A DNA stretch of 60,482 nucleotides, filler included, from Phyllobates terribilis (lineage: Eukaryota), in assembly GCF_046119375.1 (NCBI RefSeq). It is 2 parts of one record of this genome, joined end to end, with 100 filler letters (N's around TTAATTAATTAA, not from the genome) between each part and the next. Parts side by side here need not be neighbours in the genome. Positions count along the whole stretch, not along the records: positions 28,583 to 60,482 come from NW_027362768.1; 1 more part is not named here. One strand, written 5' to 3'. Of this stretch, positions 35,236 through 47,700 are shown piece by piece. The notes under the pieces are model-generated. The model was not told where the DNA came from. It searched no databases and saw only the letters and a list, made by a program, of their open reading frames with translations. Position numbers and translations under genes: made by a program. The first letter of the stretch is position 1, and each line of letters opens with the position of its first letter.

Positions 35236-36149
35236 ATGCTGCTTGCCACTTTTCACTACCTTCATGATGAGATACGTTTCCCATATTGGGACTCACAATA
35301 TTAAAGGCAACTTCAATATTGAAACCTTGATCAACTAATTTTCAAGGATAATAATGGAATTCCCACCCCACCCCTCTCAGAAACAGCACCACTCTTGTCC
35401 ATGGGCTGTGTCTGGTATTGCAGTTATCTCAATTCAATGCTATTGTTTATCATACACAACCTATGGAGAAAAAAATGCTTTTTTTTTCTAATCATAGACA
35501 AACTTTTAAAATTATTTTTTTGGGTGGGGTGCAAGGTACTTTTTTTTTCTTATATTGATCATTCCCCTTTTAGAAAGTTCTCTTATAAAGGACTTCCAAT
35601 GTCATCACTGGATATATTAAAAACACTGTAAAAATAACGTTTTTCTCTGTTCTGTGAAATCAAATATCTCTTTGCTTTTGGGTACAGTATATTGAGTTAT
35701 GTATACCATGTTATTACAAAAGCCAGACAGAATTTCTGAAGGAACATTGAGATAAGCAAGACGCCGTGACTTGGGGGAAATTAAAGTTAGAGCTTGTTTT
35801 TTTTTTTTTTTTTTTTTTGCAACTTCTAAGGAGAATATTTACAGAATATTTTATCCGTTACCTATATATCGCCAAATACTCCATAGCGTAATACGAAGAA
35901 TATATTTTGTAATGTCGCCCTCCTGTTCCCAGGGGGCTCACAATCTAATTTTCCAGTCTTGTACACATGCTCGGACCAATTTCTTAGGAGTCCAGTAATC
36001 CTACCAGTATAATACAGAAAATAAGACCTTATTGCAAGAGGCTATAGATATTGAACATAGCGCTACATTCAATACCTGCTTCAGTCCTGCTGTAATAGTT
36101 TTGTGCGGGGTTTATGAGTCTAACTGGTAATTTTTTCATTTTTCTGCAG

Positions 36150-36226
36150 CTGAACGTGCAAGAGTGGGCCTAGCACCATTGCCGGGAATGAAGGGGACGG
36201 ATTATATAAACGCTTCTTATATCATG
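36150..36226 (+). CDS. PTPRG: PTPRG internal exon ([25 protein letters not shown])
   Basis: TTTCTGCAG acceptor, GT donor, 77 nt; DYINAS PTP motif. Confidence 0.96.
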
Positions 36227-36857
36227 GTACGGAATTTATTTTTTAAATGATTGACTGGTAATAATTACAGATGAGCATATCTTCCGGAATTTGTTCGAAC
36301 AGATTCACTTGAATTGACAAACAAATTCGATTTGTGCCCCAGTTGCCATAAAATTAGGTTTATTATAGTCTTTATAGACCACACTACTTGATAAATTATC
36401 GGGAGGGAGAGTTTTAAAAAAAAATAAATAAATAAATTTACATACTCACCTGTCCTTCACATGCCACTGCATCTGCTGCCTGGTCCTCCGCAAGGGTTTC
36501 CATTCTTACATTGTTGAAGGTCACGTCGGGGCGACGCTTGTCAATGACGTGCATCACCTCCCACATGATTTCTTGCTTGGTCCTGTGCCCCAGAAGAACC
36601 AAAGACCCACGTTGATGACCAGGACCAGGTAGATGCGAAGGTGGCTTAAGGAGGTAGTTCAGGGCCTCGTAGAGGCGAGTATGTCGTCTTATTTTTAACT
36701 TTTCCAAGCACTCTGAAAAGTCCAGGAAATTTTCAGCCAGCTGGCCTCTATTTTGCTGGATTCGTGCAAATTTAATCCTAACAATTTCAGATTCTTAATA
36801 ATTTGACTAATTACGGATCAGTTCACGCTGTCTTGGTAGTATGACGGTGAAATTTCA

Positions 36858-37112
36858 AGGTGATGAGTGCAAGTGCTCGTTACTAGAGTTTGCCAAGGGT
36901 GCTCAGGAATGCACAGAGTATCGCAGGTGCTTGAGTGACATGTTCGAGTCTCCGCGGCCCCGTGTTTCGCAGCTGTTATGGAGCCACAATACATGCGGGG
37001 ATTGCCTGACACAAACAGGCCACGGGAACTCGAACATGTCAATAGAGCACCCACGATACTCTATGCATACCCGAGCACCCTCGGAAAACTCGAGGAAAGA
37101 GCACTTTCACTC
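36858..37112. mobile_element. hAT-type MITE related to the copy at 15547
   Basis: GGTGATGAGTGCAAGTGCTCG...GAGCACTTTCACTCATCAATA. Confidence 0.65.
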
Positions 37113-38012
37113 ATCAATAGACAAAACCCTTTTGTTAGAAGGATCTCTTGTCTTACCATGAGTGGCATGAGATTACCAGCATTTAAAATAAAAAAAGATT
37201 TTTGTGATACTCTGGCAGGACATGTTTATGCTGTTTGTGCCTGTGTGCTACCACAATGGTTGTGATGTGAGTTGCAGCATGTTAAGAGAGGCTGGACTTT
37301 GGGCCTAAAGCCTAGGAGGTAGGCTGACGTGGCAGAGTTTGGGTGGGAATGAAGTGGGTTGGAATTGCAGAATATGTTCGTATGTGGGAGGGAGTGGGGT
37401 GCCAAGCCTGCAGAGAGGCCAGGGGAAGCAAAATGTAAGGTGGGACAATTGATAAAGTGGCAGACATTTTATGTAAGCCTTAGAGGAGTAATCTTCCTGT
37501 ACATTGGTGGGGGAGGATTGAAGTTCTAGGTGGTTTGTTTAAGTAAAGACCTCTATCTGGTTAATGAAATGGGTTGGGTTTGACCAGCTTGGGGAGTTAA
37601 GTTAATTTTGTCACAGTAATGGATAGTGTGGGGGGGGGGGTCCTTGAAGTTGTTTTTTTGTGATGGATTGGATGGTTTGGGACCTCTAGGTGGACTCAGT
37701 TGGGTTGTGGTGGGTAGGAGAACTCTCGCGTTTAAGGCTAAAAGGAGCCCGTGGCTAGAGGTTTATGAATATGCCAGGTCAGTTAACAGGGGTTTCTTAG
37801 TTGGTTACATAGTTACATAGTTCGTAAAGCCGAATAAAGACTTGCGTCCATCAAGTTCGACCTGTTAGTTCTGTAATTGCTAAAGTTGATCCAGAGGAGG
37901 GCAAAAACCCCAAATGATTTAGCCAATCTTCACCTGAGGAAAAATTCCCTCCCGACTCTGAAACCAGCAGTCAGAATAAATCCCTGTATCAACCTACTAT
38001 TTTATTCTATTT

Positions 38013-40913
38013 TTAAGTATATGCAGAAATCTGCCTGGTATCTAGAAAAGCATCCAGTCCCCGCTTGAACTGGTTTAGTGAATCCGACATTACCGTCTCC
38101 TCACTCAGTGAATTCCATATTCTCACTGCTCTTACCGTAAAGAACCCCTTCCTATGCTGGTGCTGAAACCTTTTCTCTTCCAGTCTTAGTGAATGCCCTC
38201 TTGTTACCGTAATATCCCTCCTTTTGAACAAATCCCGGGCAAGGTCTCTATACTGTCCCCTAACATATTTGTACACATTTATTATGTCCCCCCTCAACCT
38301 TCTCTTTTCCAGGCTGAATAGTCCTAGTTTTGCCAACCTCTCTGGGTATTGCAGTCCCTCCATTCCCCTTATTAATTTTGTTGCCCTCCTTTGTACCTTT
38401 TCAAGCTCATTTATATCCTTTCTATATATTGGGGCCCATAACTGAGCACAGTATTCCAAGTGTGGTCTGACCAGTGCTTTGTACAGTGGAAGAACAATGT
38501 TCTCATCCTTTGCAGCTATACCTCTTCTGATACATCCCATTACCCTGTTTGCCCTTACAGCAGCGGCCTGACTTTGGGCACTCCAATTTAGTTTGCTATC
38601 AATCAAGATGCCCAAGTCCTTCTCCATCTCTGAATTCCCCAATGATTTCCCATTCAGTGAGTACTGGTGACTTCCATTTTTCCTTCCCATATGTATGACC
38701 TTACATTTCTCCTCGTTAAACCTCATTTGCCATTTAATGCTCCACCTACCCAGCTTATCCAAATCCCTCTGTAGGTCTTCACTATCCTCTTTTGTATTAA
38801 TTGTTTTACATAACTTTGTGTCATCTGCAAATATTGATATTTTACTATTTATCCCGTTGACTATGTCGTTAATAAAGATATTAAATAACATTGTGCCTAG
38901 TACAGACCCCTGTGGTACCCCACTAGTGACGCTTACCCAATCTGAGTATATTCCATTTATAACCACCCTCTGCCTTCTATCCTTTAGCCAGTTAGCTACC
39001 CACTTGCAGACATTTTCCCCCAGCCCCATCATTCTCATTTTGTATACCAACCTATTATGTGGCACGCTATCGAACGCTTTTGAGAAGTCGAGATACACGA
39101 CATCCACTGGTTCCCCCTGATCTACTCGAGAGCTAACCTCCTCGTAGAAGTCAATCAGGTTTGTTTGGCAGGAGCGATTCCTCATGAATCCATTTTGGTT
39201 CGGGGTTAATAGATTATTAGCGTCAAGATGCTCCATGATTGCCTCATTAATAAAGCCTTCAAAAATTTTGCCCACAACGGACGTCAGACTCACCGGCCGA
39301 TAGTTTCCGGTGTTACTTTTTGCTCCCTTTTTGAATATTGGCACTACATTCGCCTGTCGCCAATCAAGTGGTACAGACCCAGTCTCAACAGAGTCCTTAA
39401 ATATAAGATATAACGGTCTGTCTATCACATTACTTAGTTCCCTTAGTACCCGTGGGTGTATGCCATCAGGTCCTGGTGATTTGTTTATTTTAATCTTACT
39501 GAGGCGTTTCTGTACCCCAGCTTGGGTTAGATTTGTCATACTTAGTGGAGGATTAAGTTTGTCACTTCTCATTTCGCCTGTTAGTTCTTTTTCCTTTGTG
39601 AAAGTTGACGAAAAAAATTTATTTAATAGATTAGCTTTATCCTCATCTTTCTCTATGATTTTGCCTTCCTCACTTTTTATCGGTCCAATATTATCCGATT
39701 TAATCCTTTTACTATTTATATACGTAAAGAACAGTTTGGGATTTGATCTACTTTCCCTAGCAATACGTCTCTCTGTTTCCTCCTTTGCTATTTTTATTTG
39801 TTTTTTACAGGTTCTCGTTTTTTCCTTGTAACACATTAGTGCCTCCTTGCTGTTTTCCTGTTTTAATCTCTTGAATGCCTCTTTTTTGCTATTTAACGCC
39901 CCTTTTACGTTCTTATTCAACCATATTGGTTTCCTCTTATTTCTGGCCCTTTTATTCCCATACGGTATATATCTCTCGCACTGAGTATTCAGAATTCTTT
40001 TGAAGGTTTCCCATTTACTATTCGTATTTCCTTGATTAAGAACTTTGTCCCAGTCTATAAGTTGAAGGTTTTCTTTCAGCTGATCAAACTTCGCCCTCCT
40101 AAAGTTTAATGTTTTAGTTGTTCCCTTATTGATAACCCTACTGAAGGGCATTTTGAAATTGATAATATTATGATCGCTATTACCTAGGTGCCCCCCTATC
40201 TGTACCTCAGTTATTCCATCAGGCCTATTAGTCAATATTAAGTCCAACACTGCCTTCCCTCTCGTTGGTTCCTGCACTAGTTGGGAGAGATAATTATCCT
40301 TGATATTTGTCAAGAACCTTTTTCCTTTCTGCGATCTACAGGTTTCTGTTTCCCAGTCAATATCCGGGTAGTTGAAGTCCCCCATTACAATCACCTCATT
40401 ATGTTTTGCTACTTTGTCTATTTGTCCTAATAGCAGTTTCTCATTCTCCTCTGTTATATTGGGTGGCTTATAGCAGACCCCCAGTAATATTTTATTATTA
40501 TTTTTTGCCCCCTCTATCTCTACCCACATGGACTCGACCCCCTCTTCTCCCTCTCCTATATCTTCCCTTAGTCTGGGCTTTAGACGTGACTTTACATATA
40601 AGCAGACTCCTCCGCCCTTCCCCTGTTTCCGATCCCTTCTAAATAAACTATAATCTGTTAAATTTACCGCCCAGTCGTAGCTATCGTCTAGCCAAGTCTC
40701 TGTTATACCTACGATGTCATACCTCTCCTCCGATATAAGCGCCCGCAGCTCATCCGCCTTATTGGTCAGGCTTCTTGCGTTGGTCAGCATGCAAGATAAA
40801 ACTTTGGGGTTATTTAGCATCCTATTCTTCTCTAACGATCTAACTGTACTATCCCCACCCCCCTCTCCACCCTCATTATATTCACTTCTCCCCTTCCCCC
40901 TTGCTTGCCTCAC
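38013..40913 (-). CDS. CR1 ORF2: APE endonuclease plus reverse transcriptase, uninterrupted (first ATG at 40820)
   Basis: TNARSL, GITETWL, MGDFNYPDIDW, NSDHN (endonuclease); YRPVSLTS, YLDFSKAFD, GVPQGSVLG, FADDTKL, HLEYCAQLW (RT and C-terminus). Confidence 0.96.
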   Translation of the reverse strand: MRQARGKGRSEYNEGGEGGGDSTVRSLEKNRMLNNPKVLSCMLTNARSLTNKADELRALISEERYDIVGITETWLDDSYDWAVNLTDYSLFRRDRKQGKGGGVCLYVKSRLKPRLREDIGEGEEGVESMWVEIEGAKNNNKILLGVCYKPPNITEENEKLLLGQIDKVAKHNEVIVMGDFNYPDIDWETETCRSQKGKRFLTNIKDNYLSQLVQEPTRGKAVLDLILTNRPDGITEVQIGGHLGNSDHNIINFKMPFSRVINKGTTKTLNFRRAKFDQLKENLQLIDWDKVLNQGNTNSKWETFKRILNTQCERYIPYGNKRARNKRKPIWLNKNVKGALNSKKEAFKRLKQENSKEALMCYKEKTRTCKKQIKIAKEETERRIARESRSNPKLFFTYINSKRIKSDNIGPIKSEEGKIIEKDEDKANLLNKFFSSTFTKEKELTGEMRSDKLNPPLSMTNLTQAGVQKRLSKIKINKSPGPDGIHPRVLRELSNVIDRPLYLIFKDSVETGSVPLDWRQANVVPIFKKGAKSNTGNYRPVSLTSVVGKIFEGFINEAIMEHLDANNLLTPNQNGFMRNRSCQTNLIDFYEEVSSRVDQGEPVDVVYLDFSKAFDSVPHNRLVYKMRMMGLGENVCKWVANWLKDRRQRVVINGIYSDWVSVTSGVPQGSVLGTMLFNIFINDIVNGINSKISIFADDTKLCKTINTKEDSEDLQRDLDKLGRWSIKWQMRFNEEKCKVIHMGRKNGSHQYSLNGKSLGNSEMEKDLGILIDSKLNWSAQSQAAAVRANRVMGCIRRGIAAKDENIVLPLYKALVRPHLEYCAQLWAPIYRKDINELEKVQRRATKLIRGMEGLQYPERLAKLGLFSLEKRRLRGDIINVYKYVRGQYRDLARDLFKRRDITVTRGHSLRLEEKRFQHQHRKGFFTVRAVRIWNSLSEETVMSDSLNQFKRGLDAFLDTRQISAYT

Positions 40914-40948
40914 ATCCCACCTATTTCCTTGGTTTCCCCCCCCCGTCT

Positions 40949-41870
40949 CTAGTTTAAAAACTCCTCCAACCTATTAGCCATCTTCCCCAGCACCGCTGCA
41001 CCCTCCCCATTGAGGTGCAGCCCGTCCCTACGGTAGAGCTTGTAGCCGACAGCGAAGTCGGCCCAGTTCTCCATGAACCCAAACCCTTCTGCCTTGCACC
41101 AACTCTTTAGCCACTTATTCACCTCCCTAACCTCCCGTTGGCGCTCCTGTGTGGCTCGCGGGATTGGTAGTATTTCTGAGAAAACTACCTTGGAGGTCCT
41201 TGCCCTAAGCTTCCTACCTAGATCCCTGAAATCATTTTTAAGGACCCTCCATCTACCACTCACTTTGTCATTGGTGCCAATGTGGACCATGACCGCTGGG
41301 TCTTCGCCAGCCCCACCCAGTAACCTGTCAACCCGATCCGCGATGTGCCGGACTCGAGCGCCAGGGAGGCAGCACACCGTTCGGCGATCCCGGTCTTTGT
41401 GACAGATTGCCCTGTCTGTCCCCCTAATAATAGTCACCCACTACCAGGACCTGTCTAGCCTGCCCTACACTTCCCCCCTCCCCCTCATTACTGGAGCATA
41501 CACTCCCCCGGCGGTCAGAGGATCTGTCGTGCTCCAATAATGCCGGTTCTGAACCAGCCTTCCTATACTTCTTCCCTCTATCCCTTCTAACTGTTACCCA
41601 GCTCCCTGCCTGTTCAGCCTGCGCTTCCCCACTAAGCTCCACCCCCAGTGTTGACCCATTGAGTGTCTGCTCGGTGAGCAGCAAACTCCGTTCCATGTTG
41701 TCGATGCTCCTCAGTACCGCTATCTGAGCACTTAGATCCAGGATTTGGGCTTCCAAGTGCACGATATGCTCACATCTCTCGCAGCAGTATGGATCCCTGA
41801 GCGGTAGCTCAGGGAATGCATACATTGCGCAAGATGTACACTGCACGGCTCCGGCCAACATGGACGTCAT
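40949..41870 (-). pseudogene. CR1 ORF1 (CxxC zinc finger, coiled coil, SGNH esterase) with one frameshift
   Basis: QCTSC...CCERC finger. The VLVVGD|IIRG motif is broken by a frameshift at ~41430 (GDS serine codon disrupted). HIGTND and DGLHLN esterase motifs are present. Confidence 0.9.
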
Positions 41871-41936
41871 TCTAAATATGGGGATACAGTCAGTATATAT
41901 GTACAAGTACAAAACACAATTATTTATATATAGGTG

Positions 41937-42720
41937 TATGGACGGGGATCAATTAGGGATGTGCAAGTGTATCGATTAGATATCGGCGCGGGATCAGTTA
42001 AGTATGGACGGGGGATCAATTAAGTATCAATTAAGTATGGACGGGGGATCAGCTGAGTGGGTCAGGTGGATTAATTAAGTGTGGACGGTGTGTCAATTAA
42101 CTATGGACTGGGATCAATAAGTATGGACTGGGGAAATAATTAATTGTGGACTAGGGATTCAATCAATTAATTATGGACAGGGGGTTTAATTAAATAGGAT
42201 GGGGGGTAAAGCAAATAAATAGGTATGGACGGTGGGTCAATTAACTAAGGACTGGGGATCAATAAGTATCAATAATATCAATAAATATGGACTGGGGAAA
42301 TAATTAATTGTGGTCTGGGGAATCAATCAATTAATTATGGACAGGGGTTAATTAAATATGGTGGGGGATAAGGCAAATAGATAGGGACTGGGGATGAGTA
42401 AAAGTGGACAAGGGGAATCTATTAAATAGGACAAGGGGGATCAATCAATTATGGGCTGGGGGGGTCAATCATTTAAATGTGGTCAGGGGGATCACTTTAA
42501 TATGGACGGGGGGTGGTCGGGGATCAATTAAATGAGGACGGGGGGGTCAATTTAATGTGGTCAGAGGGATCGGTTAAATATGGACGGGGGTGTTCAGGGG
42601 AATCAATTTAAATATGGACGGGGGTGATCAATTAAATATGGACGGGGGTGTAATCAATTAAATATGGACTAGGGAATACAATACAATTACAATACAGATA
42701 CAAATACAATACAGTACAGT
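41937..42720. repeat. Degenerate ~20-bp repeats (ATGGACGGGGGATCAATTAA) plus a CAATA microsatellite in the CR1 5'UTR
   Basis: Visible repeats. Confidence 0.85.
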
Positions 42721-43494
42721 ACACACTTGGGTTCAGTAGGGCCGCTTATCGCGGCCTCCTGCCCCTCACTCACCTCCTCTAGGGATGCTGCACGCTATCA
42801 CAGCGCGCTTGTCCCTCCGGTCGCCTCTTACCGGTCCTCCTGATCACCTCCTGGTCACCACCACCTGGCACCCTCCGCTGGCCGGCACTGCACGCTGCCA
42901 CAGCGCTCTCTTGCGCTCGTCCCTCCGGTCGCCTCCTACTGGTCCTCCCGGTCCGCTCGGTCACCTCCGCCTGGCTCTCCTCCCTTCCCCTTGGTGAAGC
43001 AGCTAAAGGTAATACAACCTGAGCAGGTGAGTTTAAGGGGCTTTGAGAACCATCACCTTCCAGTTTAACAGGTATTTAAGTAGTTCATGACCGTTGTCAA
43101 AACTTTTGCTAGAAATCAGGTCCATAATGAAAAGGCTTCACATGTATCTTGTTGACAAGAACCCCAGTGAACACATTTAACCTATGTTGGAACCTGACAT
43201 TGTTTAGCGCCACCACAGGAGAAATAAAGTATTACACATTTCCCATTTAAAACCATAGGCTGACTATGATTTGCACAGGCCTCCAGAGAGCCATGGTCTT
43301 TTTACGGCTGTACCAAAGGAGCATTTATTGGGGGGAAAGAGAAACGGACTCATTAACTTGGGATTTACTTGAAAAATGGACACATTTTGGGAATCACACC
43401 TTTTTGGAGCCAAATATCATCATAAATGTCTATAGCACTTGTTACTAATAAAATCACAATTATATTGTTTTAATAATTTGCTGTTCACTTCCAG

Positions 43495-43623
43495 GGCTAC
43501 TTACGAAGCAATGAGTTCATCATCACCCAGCACCCCATGCCACATACGACTAAAGATTTCTGGAGGATGATATGGGATCATAATGCTCAGATCATCGTCA
43601 TGTTACCGGACAGCCAGAGTCTG
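43495..43623 (+). CDS. PTPRG: PTPRG internal exon ([43 protein letters not shown])
   Basis: CCAG acceptor, GTAAG donor, 129 nt; DFWRMIWD motif. Confidence 0.97.
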
Positions 43624-44411
43624 GTAAGGACACACTATCGGCATGCTGATCTATGTTTTGTATCATTTTCTGTTCACAAGTGACATTAATACAATTAACG
43701 TAAAAGGTGTTTCAGGCCAGTACTAGAAATAGTGGACCATGTAGTTCTCTGCGTGAACTATATTCTAAAATACTTATCAGGGCCTCTAAAGGGGTTAAAT
43801 TGAGCTCTGGAAAGGAGGCTCCTTAAAAATCCGAAACTTTAATCAGATAAAAAAAATATACCATATAGGTGTTAGTCGGCAGCAGTAAACTACACGTTTC
43901 GGTGGGTACACCCTTAGTCATGGCCTTGTCCATGAGTCTCCATGCATTTTTAGAGGTCCATATTTCTGACAGCTATTTGATCTGTCTGAACTCTTTTTAA
44001 TGGCTTAAACCTTTAAAGGAGTTGCAATTGATCGCTAAGGTGTGCTGTCACCTGCTAATTATTAGAGGTCTGAAGCAAGAACCCACAATGACTGTGAGAA
44101 CCAAGGGAACAAGGCCCTTTTGACATTTTCTCTGCACAGTACTTTTCCTGTTCATATGCCTTGCCTCATTCAAGTGCATGGGGCAGTGTTTCAGTGCCTG
44201 AATGGCCATTACTAAGCTCAGATTAATACATACTTTTTTGCACTCAGTGGGAATATTATATGGTCCATTCTGACTCTATAGCTCAAGTTGTAAAATAATG
44301 AAAATTAGGCAAAAAAATGTTTGCTTTTTACACCACACTCCCCAAGTGTTGAAAAAGTTGGTTTGGTTTGCCGGTCGGGAGAGCAAAGTAGGATCGGCCT
44401 ATAACTTTTAA

Positions 44412-44749
44412 AGAGTACCTGTCATCAGGTCAAAAGTGGCCTCTGTTTGCTCCTATGTTGCTTTTGCTGTTACCCTGAGAAATCAGTTGGTTTTTTTTCG
44501 ATACACTATATGGTTCATGAGATATGGGCTTTATCGAGGGGACATTGCTCACAGGGCAGGTTAAAGACCCGCCCCAGAGGATCTGATGAGCCATGCCTCC
44601 TTTGTAAGGACCATAAAAACTTGCACTAAATAAAAAGTCCCATATCTCTGAGACCATATGTTGCATTTAAAAAAAAAATGGAATACTCGGGGGAACAGCA
44701 GGAATACATTAAGAGCCAACATTGGACACTTAATCTGTTGATAGGTTTA
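44412..44749. mobile_element. TTAA-type MITE (T2/Kolobok-like), related to the copy at 55795
   Basis: TTAA|AGAGTACCTGTCA start; shared internal blocks (GACCATAAAAA..GCACTAAAT, ACCATATG). Confidence 0.6.
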
Positions 44750-47700
44750 TTAAAAAAAAAATTGGTTCAAATCTGGACCTGCTACAACCAATAATTGATT
44801 TCATTTTCTTATTTTAGGACAGCCCAAAATGCATCAGTACATTTGGTGCAATTTAATTCAATATTTTTTTTTTTTATATATGACTGGTGTATGAAATGCC
44901 AGCCCTAATTTACCTGCCCCATAATGTTTTATTTCATATTGTGATGGACATTGAATTTCACATTAATTTTCTGATCTCTTTCACGTAACCAGTCAGGACT
45001 TTGACATGACTGTATACAAATATTGCTGGAAACTTAATTATTCCGATCCTTTTGGCTCCTTATAATTATATTTCCTCGCCAGTTGTTGTATAGTAAGAAT
45101 GGCTTCTATTTGAAGTGGCTGAGCAGAGACCATATATCGCTGTAATGATTAACCTCTGTGTACATAGTAGCTGTTCCCGCGTTGCCGAGAGGCAGTTGAT
45201 GGGCAGGTTTTAAGGACGGACCGCATCCGCTTATTTATCTTTAATTGTTCCAAATGAGATTTCCTTTGTCCTCATCCAATGCAAATTTACTAATACGACA
45301 GGTAGACACAATTTACTACAGTAAATTACAGCAACATTAAGTTAGCGCTGCAATAAATAGACTCCCGGTAATTTATGTGGCAGAGGCTGTCATTATTAGG
45401 ACAAGCTGGGAATTTGGCTGTCAGCTTGCAGAAAGCATTTAGAAAAAAAATAAATAAAAAACCATCAGTCTTCACACATCAGGCATCTTGAGAGTCAATA
45501 ATTGTGTTACAATTGAAAATGATGCAGGTTATAAGAGCAGTGGGGGTGGCTGCAGTGCAGTTTATACTGGTCTTATCCACGCTGCGCAGCTTGTCTGTGT
45601 CCTGCCATTTATTAATGAAACCGAATCCAAGACAGAAGCTATCGGAGGACGCAGACTTTAGATATGGATTTGGTATAGTAGTTTTTCTATTATTCACCCT
45701 CCCCCTATGAAAGGGATGGTTTTTGGACAAAAAAAAGTCAAACACAAAGTGAGATTGTTTTTGTGCTACTTTGTTGTAGCGATTATTTTTGGTGACGTGT
45801 AGACCATGGTGAACTTATGAATTTGGCTGGCCGTAGTCTCTAAAGCTGGCCATACAAATGCTATTCCTTCATCACACCCCCATTCACATGCAGCGCTTTT
45901 TCAGCCAGCAGATATTCCTAATGAACTTGCCATAGCAAATGTCCTAATGGAGCCCTCCGTCTACACTCACCACCCCTCAAAATAAAATATTGGTGGAGTA
46001 GGCAGGGTCATATCTCCCAACTTTTAAAACCAGGGAAAGGGATGTGTATTACAACAGGAACACAATAATTATGCCAAAACTGAAGCTCACCCACTAGTTT
46101 ACCCCTTTCATGGCTCTTACAGAGTATAATGCCCTATAACAGTCCCCCATACTGCATGTTACTCCTATTGTGAATCCCCCCACAATATGATGGCAGGCAT
46201 GCATCATAAGGATGCAGATGCCGTTAAATTTGCGACAGATGGGGGAAGTTGGGGGGAGTGCCACTTGGCACCTGGCCCCATAGCAGCTGCGTGGTCTGCT
46301 GGTATGGGCGGTACAACCTGGCATGCACCCTTGCTTTGACTGAGCCATGTGTGTGATATCAATGAGGACTTCACTTCTAGGCTGTGGCTTATCTACAGGG
46401 AGAACTAAAGGTTTAGACCTAATGAAATCGATTGGACATTTCCAAATGTCATCAAGGGAATGTCCTTCACATTGAATGGTCGCCCAATCTTACCAAAATT
46501 GGGAAGTTTGGCAGACATTTAAATAATATGATGGTCACCTTACATAGCCGTTCTTAAACCCTCCTAGAAAGTTTAGCAAGAAGAGCTGCCATCACTTTGT
46601 TTTCGTCATTGTAGAACATTGTTGTATCTGCATGGTCGGACATTAATTACATGCCCTATGCCATTAATACCGGTCTTTTGGCAAACCCTTTAAAGGGAGT
46701 CTTTCAGCACAAAATGAGTGTTTAAACCAGGCACAGGCTCTCTATGCACCCTCAGTGTGGCCAAGCAGTTGAATGCACCTTTCCAACAACTTGTTTTCCA
46801 TCTATCTCTGTTCTTCTCTGGTTCCTGTGAAGTCAGAGCTACCCATCAAGGAAGACTAGGGTGGAGATGGAAATCAAGTGGTTGGGAAGATGCCCTAAAT
46901 TATTCAGCCATACCAATGATCCACGGAGGGCCTGTGTCCTCCCTTTACAATGGACAAAAGTTTAAACATTAATATACTTATACTTAATATAGGAAGACTT
47001 CATTACCTCTTATGGCCAATTGGTAAAAATTCTATTTAGCCAATTTTTGACTGTACGGCATGTAGCTGCTATCAGTGCTTCAATAGCAGTCACCATACAA
47101 TTGTCCTGATCATCAATGTGCGACTTTATCTGTGGGTGTATGTATCCCAACTTGACAGATTTCGTTTTGAAGAGTCTCTATGAAATCTAGGAGACTAAAG
47201 CCTCAACAGAACCCCCAATGCAGACCAATCCCACTAGAACTTTGCTAAATTCTGTTGAATTTGAGAGACAGCAACAAATGTTGAGATTGATGTTTTTCCC
47301 TGTGTGTACATGTCACAGGAATCATCTCTGTAACTTGGAGGCCAGTTACATGTGTGTGTTTATATACCCATGGTATGGTGAGCCAAGAGCCTAATGGATG
47401 TTGGCTCCTTCACCACAGCCCCAGGCTTCCAAGTTTCATGGATCATGGCAAGCAAGAGAGAAAAATCCAAATGAGGCTCGCTTTTTCTAGTAATTGTTTT
47501 TTAATGTCCAAAAACCACAGGGGGGTGAAGGAAATGGTCAATGATCATTGTATGTCTAACTATTTTACATTTCTGAATTTTAATTTAAGGTGTTTTACAG
47601 AATAAAAAAAACATGGCTGCTTTCTTCCAAAAATAAGATAGTCATGCCAGTCAACTGTTTGTGTGTGATGTTAGAAGTAGCGAAGCTCAACCTATGGACA

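Larger units (their letters stand above)
37805..42990 (-). mobile_element. Full-length CR1 non-LTR retrotransposon, ~5.2 kb, antisense within a PTPRG intron
   Basis: 3' tail (CTATGTAA)2, ORF2, esterase-type ORF1 and a GC-rich 5' end. Candidate 4-bp TSD TTGG (37801-37804, 42991-42994); the 5' boundary is less certain. Confidence 0.9.

Noticed and set aside
37263-37800. Possible degenerate L1 fragment flanking the CR1
   Set aside because: Suggestive composition only, with no alignable motif run; not listed as a feature.
38224-41402. Plus-strand ORFs overlapping the CR1
   Set aside because: Antisense shadows of ORF1 and ORF2 with no independent signal.
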